Positions 22,286 through 32,396 of a stretch of 64,000 bases of DNA are shown in pieces. Location of the stretch: sequence record SRR20825019_1298, one strand, 5' to 3'. How positions within the stretch are numbered: the first letter of the stretch is position 1; each line of letters begins with the position of its first letter. The notes beneath the pieces were generated by a model. It saw only the letters and a program-made list of their open reading frames with translations. It did not search any database and was not told where the DNA came from. A program made the position numbers and the translations under genes.

Positions 22286-22410
22286 TATATTACCCCTCAG
22301 TCGGGCCCCACCCGCCTTAGTGCACCAAACATAAACAGGAAGGCCCCTTCGGATCAAACGAATCCGTTAAGCCCTTCTTCAAAAACAGTTGATCACACAA
22401 AGGTAAATAA

Positions 22411-22440
22411 AATGCACCATGAGTTGCATCATGATGCATT
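22411..22440 (-). terminator. Intrinsic terminator after phosphotransferase
   Basis: AATGCATCATGA-N6-TCATGGTGCATT followed by TTATTT on the minus strand. Confidence 0.7.
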
Positions 22441-22467
22441 ATCCGAGCGTGAGCAGCAGATGAAGCG

Positions 22468-23541
22468 TTAGATATTAGACTTTTCAATCAAATACCGTGC
22501 ATAATTACCAATCTGGTTCGTGCGCACACCAAAACCTGCGAAAGCCTTGTTCTTGGTTTGCCCGTGATAGTAGCGATAGTAAATTTGCTGCAAAATCACC
22601 GCCAAACGAAACACACCGTAAACTAGGTAATAGTCGAACTTGGCCAGGTCATAGCCAGTCTCTTTCGCGTAAATCTCGCAAATTTCTTCACGGGTTAGCA
22701 TGCCAGGCGCAAGACATGGCTGCATGCACATCCTGATCATGTCTTCCGGGTCGCCGCGCTGGGACCAATATGCCAAAGTGTTGCCAAGGTCCATGAGCGG
22801 ATCACCAAGCGCACTGATCTCCCAATCAAGTATTGCCTTGATTTCAAAAGGATTTTCTTCGCACAAGATCACATTATCGAGCCGGTAGTCGCCGTGAAGT
22901 ACAGAATGCCCAACCTCACCAGATGGCATATGGGCGTCAAGCCACTTACGCACGTCTTCAAAGCTCTCGACATCATCAGTGATAACCTTCTCATATCGGC
23001 GGTTCCAACCCATCACTTGTCGCTCGACATACCCTTCCGGTTTGCCAAAATCAGCGAGGCCTGCGGCTTTAAAATCGACCTTATGAAGCTCGATCAGTTT
23101 ATGGAAGAACGAGAGGCATAGCTTGCGCCCCTCCTCTTCACCAAAACCCCAGCTTTCAGGGATAGTCCGGTCCAATTTGCGGCCATCCACCTGCTCCATG
23201 ACGTAGAATTCAGCGCCCAATGGGCTTTCTTCCTCCGTCATATGGAAATAGGTCTCTGGCACAGCCGGAAACGTTGGTTTCAAGCCATTCATCACGCTAA
23301 ATTCGCGGATCATGCTATGGCCAGATTTTGGGCGCGTACCAAAAGGCGGGCGCCTTAGAACGAAATTCTTGTTTCCATACTGAATTGAGTAAGTGAGGTT
23401 GGAATGGCCGCTGGCAAATTGCCTGATAGTTGGTGTGCCCTCAAGCCCACCAATACGGTCTTTGATGATCTTATCGATCACCTGTGCGTCCAGTTCCTCA
23501 CCTTCACGAACCTGTACGGTTTTATTCAGTTCTTCTGTCAC
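22468..23541 (-). CDS. Phosphotransferase (APH / ACAD10-11 kinase domain, LvaA-like)
   Basis: GHSNLTY, LRRPP, HGDYRLDN, LDWE, GDPLMDL. GTG start inferred. Confidence 0.92.
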   Translation of the reverse strand: MTEELNKTVQVREGEELDAQVIDKIIKDRIGGLEGTPTIRQFASGHSNLTYSIQYGNKNFVLRRPPFGTRPKSGHSMIREFSVMNGLKPTFPAVPETYFHMTEEESPLGAEFYVMEQVDGRKLDRTIPESWGFGEEEGRKLCLSFFHKLIELHKVDFKAAGLADFGKPEGYVERQVMGWNRRYEKVITDDVESFEDVRKWLDAHMPSGEVGHSVLHGDYRLDNVILCEENPFEIKAILDWEISALGDPLMDLGNTLAYWSQRGDPEDMIRMCMQPCLAPGMLTREEICEIYAKETGYDLAKFDYYLVYGVFRLAVILQQIYYRYYHGQTKNKAFAGFGVRTNQIGNYARYLIEKSNI

Positions 23542-23552
23542 GATAACGCCCC

Positions 23553-24320
23553 CTATGCAGTCCAACCACCGTCCATCACCAACGTCGTGCCAGTGGTGAA
23601 GGCCGCAGCGTCAGATGCCAGATACAGCACGCCGCCCACCATATCCTCCGGCTTGCCTGCGCGCGGGATTGGGAACTGACTGGTATATTTGGACAACATA
23701 TCTTCGTTAGAGGTGAAAACCGCTGTCATTTTGGTATCCACCAAACCGGGGCATATGGCGTTAACGCGGATACCATCGTGGCCATACTCGCGCGCGTAAG
23801 CCTTGGTCATATTGATCATGGCAGATTTGGTCATCGAATAGATGCCCTGCAGATGGCCGGGCGAAATACCGTTGATAGAGGCCACATTCACGATAGCGCC
23901 CCCGCCTTGGACTTTCATCATCTTCACTGCCTCGGCGGACAAGTAAAAAGGCCCCTTGAGGTTAACGTCAATCGTCTTGTCGAACGCCGGCTCGGGGGTA
24001 TCGCCGATGTTGCCGTAGAACGGGTTAGTGCCACCACAATTCACCAGCACATCAAGCCTGCCGTATTCGGTTTTGATCCAGTCAAACACCGCTTGCACGT
24101 CATCCATCTTACCAGCGTGAGCGGCTTTGGCTTTTGCGTCCCCGCCATATTCATTAATACTGGCGGCCACTTTCTCACATGCTTCCTGATCGCGTGAGGA
24201 AACGATAACCTTCGCGCCGTTGGCCGCGAAAGCGCGAACAATTGCTTCACCAATCCCCCGGGATGAACCGGACACGAAGACGACCTTGCCGCTAAAGTCC
24301 ATAAGTTTGGTATAATCCAT
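23553..24320 (-). CDS. SDR family oxidoreductase (DHRS4-like)
   Basis: SGSSRGIG, TNPFYG, YSMTK. Confidence 0.92.
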   Translation of the reverse strand: MDYTKLMDFSGKVVFVSGSSRGIGEAIVRAFAANGAKVIVSSRDQEACEKVAASINEYGGDAKAKAAHAGKMDDVQAVFDWIKTEYGRLDVLVNCGGTNPFYGNIGDTPEPAFDKTIDVNLKGPFYLSAEAVKMMKVQGGGAIVNVASINGISPGHLQGIYSMTKSAMINMTKAYAREYGHDGIRVNAICPGLVDTKMTAVFTSNEDMLSKYTSQFPIPRAGKPEDMVGGVLYLASDAAAFTTGTTLVMDGGWTA

Positions 24321-24334
24321 TTTTCACATCCCCC

Positions 24335-25138
24335 TTAAATTGGCCGACCCGTGGTTTCCAACTGATGGCGGCGAAACTTGCGCATGCCACCAACCCAGCG
24401 GTCATAATCTTTTGCTTTGTTGAGGAAATATCCCTCTACCTGGTCGTGCGGGCGGATCATGAACCGCCCTTCCCGCATGCCTTTAAGCACACGGGAAGCA
24501 AACTCTTCCGCTGGCATCACACCATCGCCCGCAGCTGAGCTGTTTTCCGCGCCCGCCGTCATCTTGGAAACAACAGCCTGCGGGCATAAACACCCCACAT
24601 AGAGACCATCATCACCGTGAGAGATCGCTAAGCTTTCCGTAAAGCCAACTGCTGCATGTTTAGTGGTGGAATAGCTTGTGTCACCAATCTGGCTCAAAAG
24701 GCCCGCCGCGCTCGCGGTTACAATGAAGCCGCAACCTTCACGCTTCAGCATGCTTGGAAGAACCGCACGGCACGCGAGGATGTGCGCAAACACGTTCACT
24801 TCCCATATTTTTTGCCACTGTTCGTTTGACTGGCTGATAACGGTCCAGTCCGGCGCGTCAGAAAAAATGATGCCCGCGTTTGAGAAATAGAGGTCTATCG
24901 GCCCTGCATCAGCCTCAACGGCCCGCGCAAATGCCTCAACAGCCGCCTCATCCGCCACGTCAAGCTTGTAGGCTTTCGCCGCGCCCCCTATATCACTCGC
25001 CACGGCTTTGGCACCAGCCTCATCCATGTCGGCAAGTGCAACAAATTTTGCACCTTCCGCTGCAAAAAGCCGCGCAAGTGCTGCGCCAATACCGCTCGCA
25101 CCACCAGTGATTACAATGACTTTGTCTTTAACGTCCAT
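24335..25138 (-). CDS. SDR family oxidoreductase
   Basis: TGGASGIG, TASAAGLL, YSTTKHAAV. Confidence 0.92.
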   Translation of the reverse strand: MDVKDKVIVITGGASGIGAALARLFAAEGAKFVALADMDEAGAKAVASDIGGAAKAYKLDVADEAAVEAFARAVEADAGPIDLYFSNAGIIFSDAPDWTVISQSNEQWQKIWEVNVFAHILACRAVLPSMLKREGCGFIVTASAAGLLSQIGDTSYSTTKHAAVGFTESLAISHGDDGLYVGCLCPQAVVSKMTAGAENSSAAGDGVMPAEEFASRVLKGMREGRFMIRPHDQVEGYFLNKAKDYDRWVGGMRKFRRHQLETTGRPI

Positions 25139-25162
25139 AAAGGCTCCCTCCAAACCGTTAGG

Positions 25163-25609
25163 TCAGGCGCCTATATGGATGGTTTCCAAAAGCGCCTTGA
25201 ACTCTTCAGGTAATGAAGTGGGGCGCCTTGTCTCCTTGTCCACATAAACATGGACAAAATAGCCCTCGGCCGCAGGCACATCACTTTGCTCGGAAAAGAG
25301 GCCAATCTCATAGCGAACGCTTGACCGCCCAATATGACTGACGCCAATACCTGCTCGGATATTCTGCGGAAACTCAAGCGGTGCGTAATAGCGGCAGTTG
25401 GTCTCAACCACGAGCCCGATGACAGCCCCACCATGTATATCAAGCACGCCACCTTCGATCAGGAAGCGGTTCACCGCTGTGTCAAAAAAGCTGTAATAAA
25501 CCACGTTATTCACGTGACCATACACATCGTTATCCATCCATCTTGTCTGGATCGGGGCAACATGCTTATAGGCCTTAATTGGCTTGGGCTCAGATCTATC
25601 CCTCACCAT
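25163..25609 (-). CDS. Acyl-CoA thioesterase (4HBT/YbgC family)
   Basis: RWMDNDVYGHVNNVVY. Confidence 0.92.
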   Translation of the reverse strand: MVRDRSEPKPIKAYKHVAPIQTRWMDNDVYGHVNNVVYYSFFDTAVNRFLIEGGVLDIHGGAVIGLVVETNCRYYAPLEFPQNIRAGIGVSHIGRSSVRYEIGLFSEQSDVPAAEGYFVHVYVDKETRRPTSLPEEFKALLETIHIGA

Positions 25610-26739
25610 GCCGCCTCATAAATTGCGCGGGCATCATCAAGCGTCACCTCCCTCGGGTTATTGACCAACAAGCGTGTTTGCTTCATGGCGTCTTCCGCCA
25701 GCATGGGGAGGTCATTATGACTGATACCAACGTCCCTTAAGCGGCGGACAACCCCTGTCTCCTCGGTTATCTGGTCAATCCAGCGGAAGAAAGCACCTGC
25801 GCTGGCCTCCTGCCCCATATGCGCCGCCAACGCTGCATACTCATGCGCGGCTGCATCCTCGTTAAATTTGAGCACATGTGGCAGCACAAGTGAGTTTGAA
25901 AGCCCGTGTGGTATATGGAAGTGCCCACCAAGGGGATAAGCAAGCGCATGAACCGCAGCGACTGGCGCATTGGCAAAGGCCTGCCCTGCCAACATGGCCC
26001 CAACCAGCATGGCACGCCGGGCATCAAGGTTTTCTCCGTCACGGCACGCGAGCACGATATTGCTGCCCAACATCAGGAGCGCCTGTTTTGCAAGGCCATC
26101 AGAAATCGGGTTCTTTTTGATCTTGCTCGTATAAGCCTCTATCGCGTGCACCATGGCATCGATGCCGGTAGCCGCCGTGATATGAGCGGGTAACCCGGTG
26201 GTTAATGTCGCATCCAGCACCGCCAAGTCTGCAAGCAGTGTGGCATCAACAACGCCCATTTTCGTCGTTTCGCCAGTTGTGATGATGGAGATTGGTGTGA
26301 CCTCAGAGCCAGTACCTGCCGTTGTAGGCACCTGTACCAGAGGCAAACGCCCGCCCCTGATCTGGTCGACACCATATATATCACCAAGTTTTTGTGCGTC
26401 TTTTGCCAGAACGGCAACAAGCTTGGCCACATCCATTGAGCTGCCGCCACCAAAACCAACTACAAGATCGGCTTTATGGGCTATCGCGGCTTCAGTAGCG
26501 GCAAGCACCACGGCTTCTGAAGGGTCAGCCTCAACGCCATCAAAGAGAGCATGCGCAAGCTCAGCCTCATCAAGCGCCTTTAACGCCTTGCCGACAAGGC
26601 CAAGCTTCACCAGCCCCGCGTCGGAAATGACAAAGGGGCGCTCACAGCCAAACCGGGCACGCAAGGTGCTACCCAAATGCTCTGTTGCTCCGTCCTCTAC
26701 CAGAACGGAAGCCACACTATTGAAGTTAAACGCGATCAT
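25603..26739 (-). CDS. Iron-containing alcohol dehydrogenase
   Basis: GGGSSMD, PTTAGTGSE, DAMVHAIE, HALAYPL...H..HG. Confidence 0.94.
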   Translation of the reverse strand: MIAFNFNSVASVLVEDGATEHLGSTLRARFGCERPFVISDAGLVKLGLVGKALKALDEAELAHALFDGVEADPSEAVVLAATEAAIAHKADLVVGFGGGSSMDVAKLVAVLAKDAQKLGDIYGVDQIRGGRLPLVQVPTTAGTGSEVTPISIITTGETTKMGVVDATLLADLAVLDATLTTGLPAHITAATGIDAMVHAIEAYTSKIKKNPISDGLAKQALLMLGSNIVLACRDGENLDARRAMLVGAMLAGQAFANAPVAAVHALAYPLGGHFHIPHGLSNSLVLPHVLKFNEDAAAHEYAALAAHMGQEASAGAFFRWIDQITEETGVVRRLRDVGISHNDLPMLAEDAMKQTRLLVNNPREVTLDDARAIYEAAW

Positions 26740-26778
26740 CTGGCATCCCCTCGGCCAGCCCCGCCCAACAACGGTGGG

Positions 26779-28227
26779 TTATTTCAGCTGGCGTTCCACA
26801 TTTTTCCGCAGCTTGTCAGTATAGGGCGGCACGATGCCGAGAACACCCCCGATCGACATTTTTGGATGCCTGAGCACTGACTTCTGGTGGCTGAACTCAA
26901 GAAACCCGTCATAGCCATGATAGTGCCCCATGCCACTGTTGCCCACACCGCCAAATGGCAGGTTTTCGTGTGCGCCATGCCACAAAACATCATTTACCGT
27001 AACACCGCCTGATGTCGTACGGCTTAGCACATCTGTCTCTTCCGCCTTATCCTGCCCGAAGTAATAGAGCGCGAGGGGTCGTGGCCGGTCATTGATATAA
27101 TCAATCACTTCCTCAACCTTGTCATAAGTGCGGACAGGCAGGATGGGGCCAAAAATCTCTTCCTGCATCACTTTCATGTCGTCGGTCGGGTCAAGGATCA
27201 ATGCAGAAGGTAGCTTGTTCGCCTGGTTTTGCCCGGCGAAATCTTCCTCCGCCGGATTGATGATGCGGACATCCGCGCCTTTTTCTCGCGCGTCCTCGAT
27301 ATATCCTTCCAGCCGTTCACGATGCCGGGCGCTGATGATCGAAGTATATTGGTCATTCGCCAGCATGCTCGGGTACATCGCAGACACCTTTTTGGTGTAG
27401 CGATCAACAAATTCGTCACGGCTGTCACGTTTGATATTCAGATAATCTGGTGCAAGGCAGATCTGGCCTGCATTCATATGCTTGAAGGTCGCCACCCTCT
27501 CGATCATGCGGTCCATATCCGCACTTTCACCTACAACGACTGGGCTTTTACCGCCCAGCTCAAGGGTCACAGGGGTCAGATGTTCAGATGCTGCCCGCAT
27601 GATCAGCTTGCCAACAACAGGCGCGCCGGTAAACATCAGGTGATCCCATGGCTGGCTTGAAAATGCCTGACTGGTTTCAACAGCTCCGTTCACCACGGCT
27701 ATTTCTTCTTCACCGAAGTGTTTGGAGAATACTTCCTTGAAAAAGGCAGAAGTCCGCGGCGTATGCTCGCTTGGTTTGATCACCACCCGGTTTCCCGCAG
27801 CCAGCATTTGCGCAAGCGGCACAAACACCATCGTCAGCGGGAAATTCCACGGCGTGATAAGGCCTACAACGCCTTTGGGCTGGGGCACAACTTCAGCCTT
27901 TGCGCCCAAAAGCCCCAGCGGGAACTGGAGCGAACGCTTGCTGGGCCGCATCCATTTTTCCACATGCTTGCTGGCATCTTTCAACGCGCCTGCGGACGCA
28001 ACCACATCTGCAAACAACGTGGTTTCCGCAGACCTGTTGCCAAAGTCTTCTGAGATCAGGCGGATATAATCGTCCTTATAATCCAAGAGGCAGGCGAGCG
28101 CACGCTTTAGCCTGTCTTTCCGCACAGAAGCAGAGACAAACCCTTCCGCTGTATAACTCGCGCGTTGCGCAGCCAGTATTGCCGCGATCTCTTCTTTAGG
28201 CGTTTCGACCTTGTGCGTGCCGTCCAT
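26779..28227 (-). CDS. Coniferyl/fatty aldehyde dehydrogenase (CalB-like, ALDH3 family)
   Basis: PWNFP, LELGGKSP, NAGQIC, EEIFGP, PFGGVGNSGMG. Confidence 0.93.
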   Translation of the reverse strand: MDGTHKVETPKEEIAAILAAQRASYTAEGFVSASVRKDRLKRALACLLDYKDDYIRLISEDFGNRSAETTLFADVVASAGALKDASKHVEKWMRPSKRSLQFPLGLLGAKAEVVPQPKGVVGLITPWNFPLTMVFVPLAQMLAAGNRVVIKPSEHTPRTSAFFKEVFSKHFGEEEIAVVNGAVETSQAFSSQPWDHLMFTGAPVVGKLIMRAASEHLTPVTLELGGKSPVVVGESADMDRMIERVATFKHMNAGQICLAPDYLNIKRDSRDEFVDRYTKKVSAMYPSMLANDQYTSIISARHRERLEGYIEDAREKGADVRIINPAEEDFAGQNQANKLPSALILDPTDDMKVMQEEIFGPILPVRTYDKVEEVIDYINDRPRPLALYYFGQDKAEETDVLSRTTSGGVTVNDVLWHGAHENLPFGGVGNSGMGHYHGYDGFLEFSHQKSVLRHPKMSIGGVLGIVPPYTDKLRKNVERQLK

Positions 28228-28312
28228 GGTCACTCCCCTTCCCACATTGGATCACAAAAAATATATGCCTTAAATCTAGTCCGCATTTTCTGGACTTCAA
28301 AGTCCAAAATAA

Positions 28313-28338
28313 AAATGGCCCCCGATGGGAGGCCATTT
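28313..28338 (-). terminator. Intrinsic terminator after MCP
   Basis: AAATGGCC(T)CCC-ATC-GGGGGCCATTT followed by TTATTTT on the minus strand. Confidence 0.8.
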
Positions 28339-28365
28339 ATCATGTTTTATTGCGGCAATAATTTG

Positions 28366-30513
28366 TTAAGCGGACTTCAACAGCCTGACTGCTGGTTCAG
28401 AGGGCTCTGTCTCTCCACCCTCTTCTCTTGTGTCTCGTATTTCAGCAAGGAAGCGCTCCACCTCCAGCTTGAGTGCATCGGCCTCATTCATCATATGCCT
28501 CGCATGGTCCTGCAGGTCTGAGGTCATGGCCTCTGTTTCTGTCGCAGCAGCACCTACAATCGTGACACTCTCGCGCACCAGTTCCGTACCGCTTGAGACA
28601 TACTGGACATTTTTGGCGATCTCTTCCGTCGCAGCTACTTGCTGCTCAACAGCCGCAACCACAGACTGACTGACTTCGTTCATTTCCCCGATTATCTGCC
28701 CAATACGTTCAATCGCACCACCGGCATCGCCTGAAACACGCTGGATCTCGCTCACATATGTAGCAATCTCTTCCGTTGCGCGGCCAGACTGGGCCGCTAG
28801 GTTCTTCACTTCATGTGCCACAACCGCGAAACCGCGCCCTGCCTCACCCGCACGCGCTGCTTCAATCGTGGCATTAAGCGCTAGAAGGTTGGTTTGTTCA
28901 GCAATGTCTTTGATCATTTTGACAACCGTACCGATCTGATCTGCTGCTTTAGTGAGACCCGCAACAGTTTCTGTGGTGCGCGTTGCCTCTGTCACAGCGC
29001 TTTGTGCCACGCTCGCGCTGTGGCCAAGTTCGCTTCTCACAGACCGAAAGGATACTGAAAGTTCCTCCGTCGCCCCGGCAACCGCATGCACATTGTGTGA
29101 AGCTTGCGCTGTTGCACTGTGAGTGTTTTCAACCTGATCGTTGGTTTGCTGTGCGTTCGCGACGAGTGACGATGACGCCTCGGCCATGCGGCGGGAGGCG
29201 CCCGCCACAGCGTCAACCACCCCCATTACGCGTCGCTCAAACGCATCCGCCATCTGAAGACGTTGTTGCATGCGAGCCTGGCGTCTCTCTGCCCTGCTCT
29301 GCTCTTCTTCCTTCTCGCGCTCACGAATTAATCTGGCTTGTTCGCGCTCACGTTCGCGCTGCGCTTCTGCTGCCGTAGCTTCAGACGCACGCTTTTCTTC
29401 GGCCATACGTTCAAGTTCAAACGCCTTGCCCTTGAAAATCGCGGCGGCCTCAGCCATCCGCCCCAGCTCATCACCCCGGTCAGTGTCCGGAATAGCTACG
29501 GTTTTATCCCCGGCTGCCAGTTTAGCGACTGCACTTGTGATACGAGTGAGAGGATTAGCAACCGAACGACCAATGAACCAGGCAAGGACTGCAGCAATGG
29601 CAGCGCCGATCAGCAGCCCGATAAAGCTTTGCTTGGTGGAGGCCTTCACGGCTCGCATCATATTATTCAGCGCCAAAGTTTGCCCAGCCCTTGCGCTTGA
29701 CTTCACTTGGTCTGTTACCCGCTCAATCTGGCGCGCAGCGTCATCTAGCTGATCGAGCGCACCGTGCATGGCGGTTGATGTCGCCTGCTTTTGGCGCAGG
29801 CTTTGGCGTATAACGTCACCATCGCGCCGCACATAACGCACAATAGCCTGTTGGCGGCGGGGTAACGCACGAAGCGCAACAGCGGCCTCTTCTACCAAAT
29901 CGTCCAGTTCCTGCCCGGATTCGATTGCCGCCTCAAAGTCACTTGATGCACCGGACGAGATATAAGCAATACTTGACTGGTTAAATCTGGCAACAAGCGG
30001 AGACACCCGCACCGCCAGCGCTTTCGCATCACCTTCCTGCCCCTCCAGAAAATCCACAAGATTTTGGGAAGTCTGCTCAAGTTTACCCACGCCAATCACG
30101 ACCACCTGAAGGGCGTCGTTCTCATTGCCGAGGCGGTTTTCCATCGCTGTGAACACCTCGTCAAACGCGGTGGCGACCTCAGTGAGCTTAGTGACAGTTC
30201 CCTGTTCACCGTTCGCAAGCAGAAGCATTTCCACCTGTTTGCGGCTAGTGTCCGCACGGACACGTAATTCCGCAACACGTTCTTTGTCAGCATTAAGACC
30301 TGAGAAGGCAAATGCGCGCAACGCAAGCGTTTGTTCGCTTACATCGGCCGTATAATCATTCACGAACCGCACTATATCGGTTTTGGCGATGATCTGGCTT
30401 GATACGCCATCCAGCCCCCGCAAACCGAAAGCGGAGATCAGATTAGCTGTCGCAAGCGTGACAATAACGGCTGAAAAGCCCAGAAGAATTCTAACCCGAA
30501 CAGAAAAACGCAT
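28366..30513 (-). CDS. Methyl-accepting chemotaxis protein
   Basis: 2 TMs, HAMP (DELGRMA), [30 protein letters not shown]. Confidence 0.96.
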   Translation of the reverse strand: MRFSVRVRILLGFSAVIVTLATANLISAFGLRGLDGVSSQIIAKTDIVRFVNDYTADVSEQTLALRAFAFSGLNADKERVAELRVRADTSRKQVEMLLLANGEQGTVTKLTEVATAFDEVFTAMENRLGNENDALQVVVIGVGKLEQTSQNLVDFLEGQEGDAKALAVRVSPLVARFNQSSIAYISSGASSDFEAAIESGQELDDLVEEAAVALRALPRRQQAIVRYVRRDGDVIRQSLRQKQATSTAMHGALDQLDDAARQIERVTDQVKSSARAGQTLALNNMMRAVKASTKQSFIGLLIGAAIAAVLAWFIGRSVANPLTRITSAVAKLAAGDKTVAIPDTDRGDELGRMAEAAAIFKGKAFELERMAEEKRASEATAAEAQREREREQARLIREREKEEEQSRAERRQARMQQRLQMADAFERRVMGVVDAVAGASRRMAEASSSLVANAQQTNDQVENTHSATAQASHNVHAVAGATEELSVSFRSVRSELGHSASVAQSAVTEATRTTETVAGLTKAADQIGTVVKMIKDIAEQTNLLALNATIEAARAGEAGRGFAVVAHEVKNLAAQSGRATEEIATYVSEIQRVSGDAGGAIERIGQIIGEMNEVSQSVVAAVEQQVAATEEIAKNVQYVSSGTELVRESVTIVGAAATETEAMTSDLQDHARHMMNEADALKLEVERFLAEIRDTREEGGETEPSEPAVRLLKSA

Positions 30514-30666
30514 CTCTTGACCCCCGCATAACGAAAGGTGGATGCGATGCGCTCGATCCCCTTTCATGATTGTTGCGAGGGACCATACGCGTGACAAATG
30601 ACACTTTTTTTAAACGCTGATCACACTTCTGTGCACCTGAGAAAACCGAACGGTTTCGTCAAGCGT

Positions 30667-31269
30667 TTAGGGGTAAAGCTCAGCCAAATTCCAACAGTGC
30701 CCAGCGCCATTCAGCGAGAATGTGACACGTTCATGAAGCCTGAATTTCCGGTCGCGCCAAAACTCAAAATAATTAGGCACCAACCGGAATCCCGACCAGT
30801 TCTCAGGCCGCGGTACGTCACCCACGCTGAATTTTGCCGTATACTGCGCGATCGCGGCTTCAAACTCAAAACGCCCGGCCATTTCACGAGACTGCTTGGA
30901 CGCCCATGCTCCGATACGGCTGGCCCGCGGGCGGGATGCAAAATAAGCGTCAGCTTCCTCATCAGAGACCCTCTCAATTGGCCCTTCAATGCGCACCTGC
31001 CGCCGCAGTGATTTCCAGTGGAACAGCATCGCCGCGTTCATATTTTCGGCTAACTCCTCACCCTTGCGACTGTCCAGGTTGGTATAAATAACCAGCCCGC
31101 GCTCATCGCAACCCTTCATCAACACCATACGAACGCTGGGAAGGCCCGACTTGGTGGCCGTTGCAAGGGCTACAGCGGTCGGGTCGTTTGGCTCACTTGC
31201 TTCCGCTTCCTTGAGCCAATCATTCAACCTGCTAAACGGTTCTTTGAATTCTGCAGTTTTTTCACTCAT
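30667..31269 (-). CDS. pdxH: Pyridoxamine 5'-phosphate oxidase
   Basis: PSVRMVLMK, SRKG, RQVRIEG, EFWRDRKFRLHER. Confidence 0.96.
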   Translation of the reverse strand: MSEKTAEFKEPFSRLNDWLKEAEASEPNDPTAVALATATKSGLPSVRMVLMKGCDERGLVIYTNLDSRKGEELAENMNAAMLFHWKSLRRQVRIEGPIERVSDEEADAYFASRPRASRIGAWASKQSREMAGRFEFEAAIAQYTAKFSVGDVPRPENWSGFRLVPNYFEFWRDRKFRLHERVTFSLNGAGHCWNLAELYP

Positions 31270-31430
31270 GCTATTTCCTCAAAAGTCCGCTGAATATAAC
31301 AGGTTTTCTTCAATTTACGCGCTGGCAAAATGTCACGCCATGCACTGCATTATTGCGTGGCTCACCAGACTGCTTATATGATAGCCAAGCAGTTGATTTA
31401 GTATATAGTTTTGCACTCAGAAACAATCTT

Positions 31431-32396
31431 ATGAGCGACCTTTATAAAATATTGGGTGTCGAGCGTGATGCAAGCCAGGACGAGGTAAAAAAAGCTTACC
31501 GCGAACTGGCCAAGAAGCTACACCCCGACAGGAACAAAGATAACCCAGGCATTGCTGATCGCTTCAAACGCGTATCGGCAGCGTACGGTATTCTTGGTGA
31601 CGCCAAACAGCGAAGCCGCTACGACCGTGGGGAAATCGACGACAATGGTTCCGAACGTCCAACTCCATACGGATTTGGCGACAGCCAGAGCCGTGGCCGA
31701 CGTTATAGCTCTGACGGTCGCTTCGATCCGTTTGATTTCGAGGAAGCCAGCGATGTCTTCTCGAGCTTCTTTCGGTCAGCAGGAGCCAGAACCAGCCGTC
31801 GGGGCACTGAAGGCGGCGCAAAACGGCCACGCGAAAACCCGTTCGAGACATCCGGCCGCCGCAAAGGGCTGGATATCAACTATAAAATCACCATTGGTTT
31901 TGAAGAATCGATCATTGGCGGCACCAGGCGCATTTCGTTAAACGATGGTCGCACGCTGGATATCAAGATCCCCTCAGGCATCAAAGATGGCCAAGTGATC
32001 CGGCTGTCTGGCCAGGGCGGCCCGGGTGTTGGCGGCGCTCCTAAGGGTGACGCCCTCGTGGAAGTAGCCGTTGCACCGCACCCTTACTACAAGCGTGACG
32101 GGCTCGATATCCTGCTTGATCTGCCGATCTCCCTTGATGAAGCTGTTCTGGGTGGCGACATTCAGGTCCCCACACCCAAGGGACGGCTGACCATTCGTAT
32201 CCCGAAAAACAGCTCCAGCGGCAAACGCCTTCGCCTCAAGGGCAAAGGCGTGAAACGCGGTGAAGAGACCGGCAACATGTATGTCACCCTCAAGCTGATG
32301 CTGCCCACAGAGCGCGATGCAAATCTTGAAAAACTGGTCAAGGACTGGGGCGGCCAAGGTGGTGACGCCATGCGGCGCAAGGCAGGCTTGATCTAA
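31431..32396 (+). CDS. DnaJ class II (CbpA-like) chaperone
   Basis: J domain with HPD, G/F-rich linker, C-terminal domain, no zinc finger. Confidence 0.93.
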   Translation: MSDLYKILGVERDASQDEVKKAYRELAKKLHPDRNKDNPGIADRFKRVSAAYGILGDAKQRSRYDRGEIDDNGSERPTPYGFGDSQSRGRRYSSDGRFDPFDFEEASDVFSSFFRSAGARTSRRGTEGGAKRPRENPFETSGRRKGLDINYKITIGFEESIIGGTRRISLNDGRTLDIKIPSGIKDGQVIRLSGQGGPGVGGAPKGDALVEVAVAPHPYYKRDGLDILLDLPISLDEAVLGGDIQVPTPKGRLTIRIPKNSSSGKRLRLKGKGVKRGEETGNMYVTLKLMLPTERDANLEKLVKDWGGQGGDAMRRKAGLI

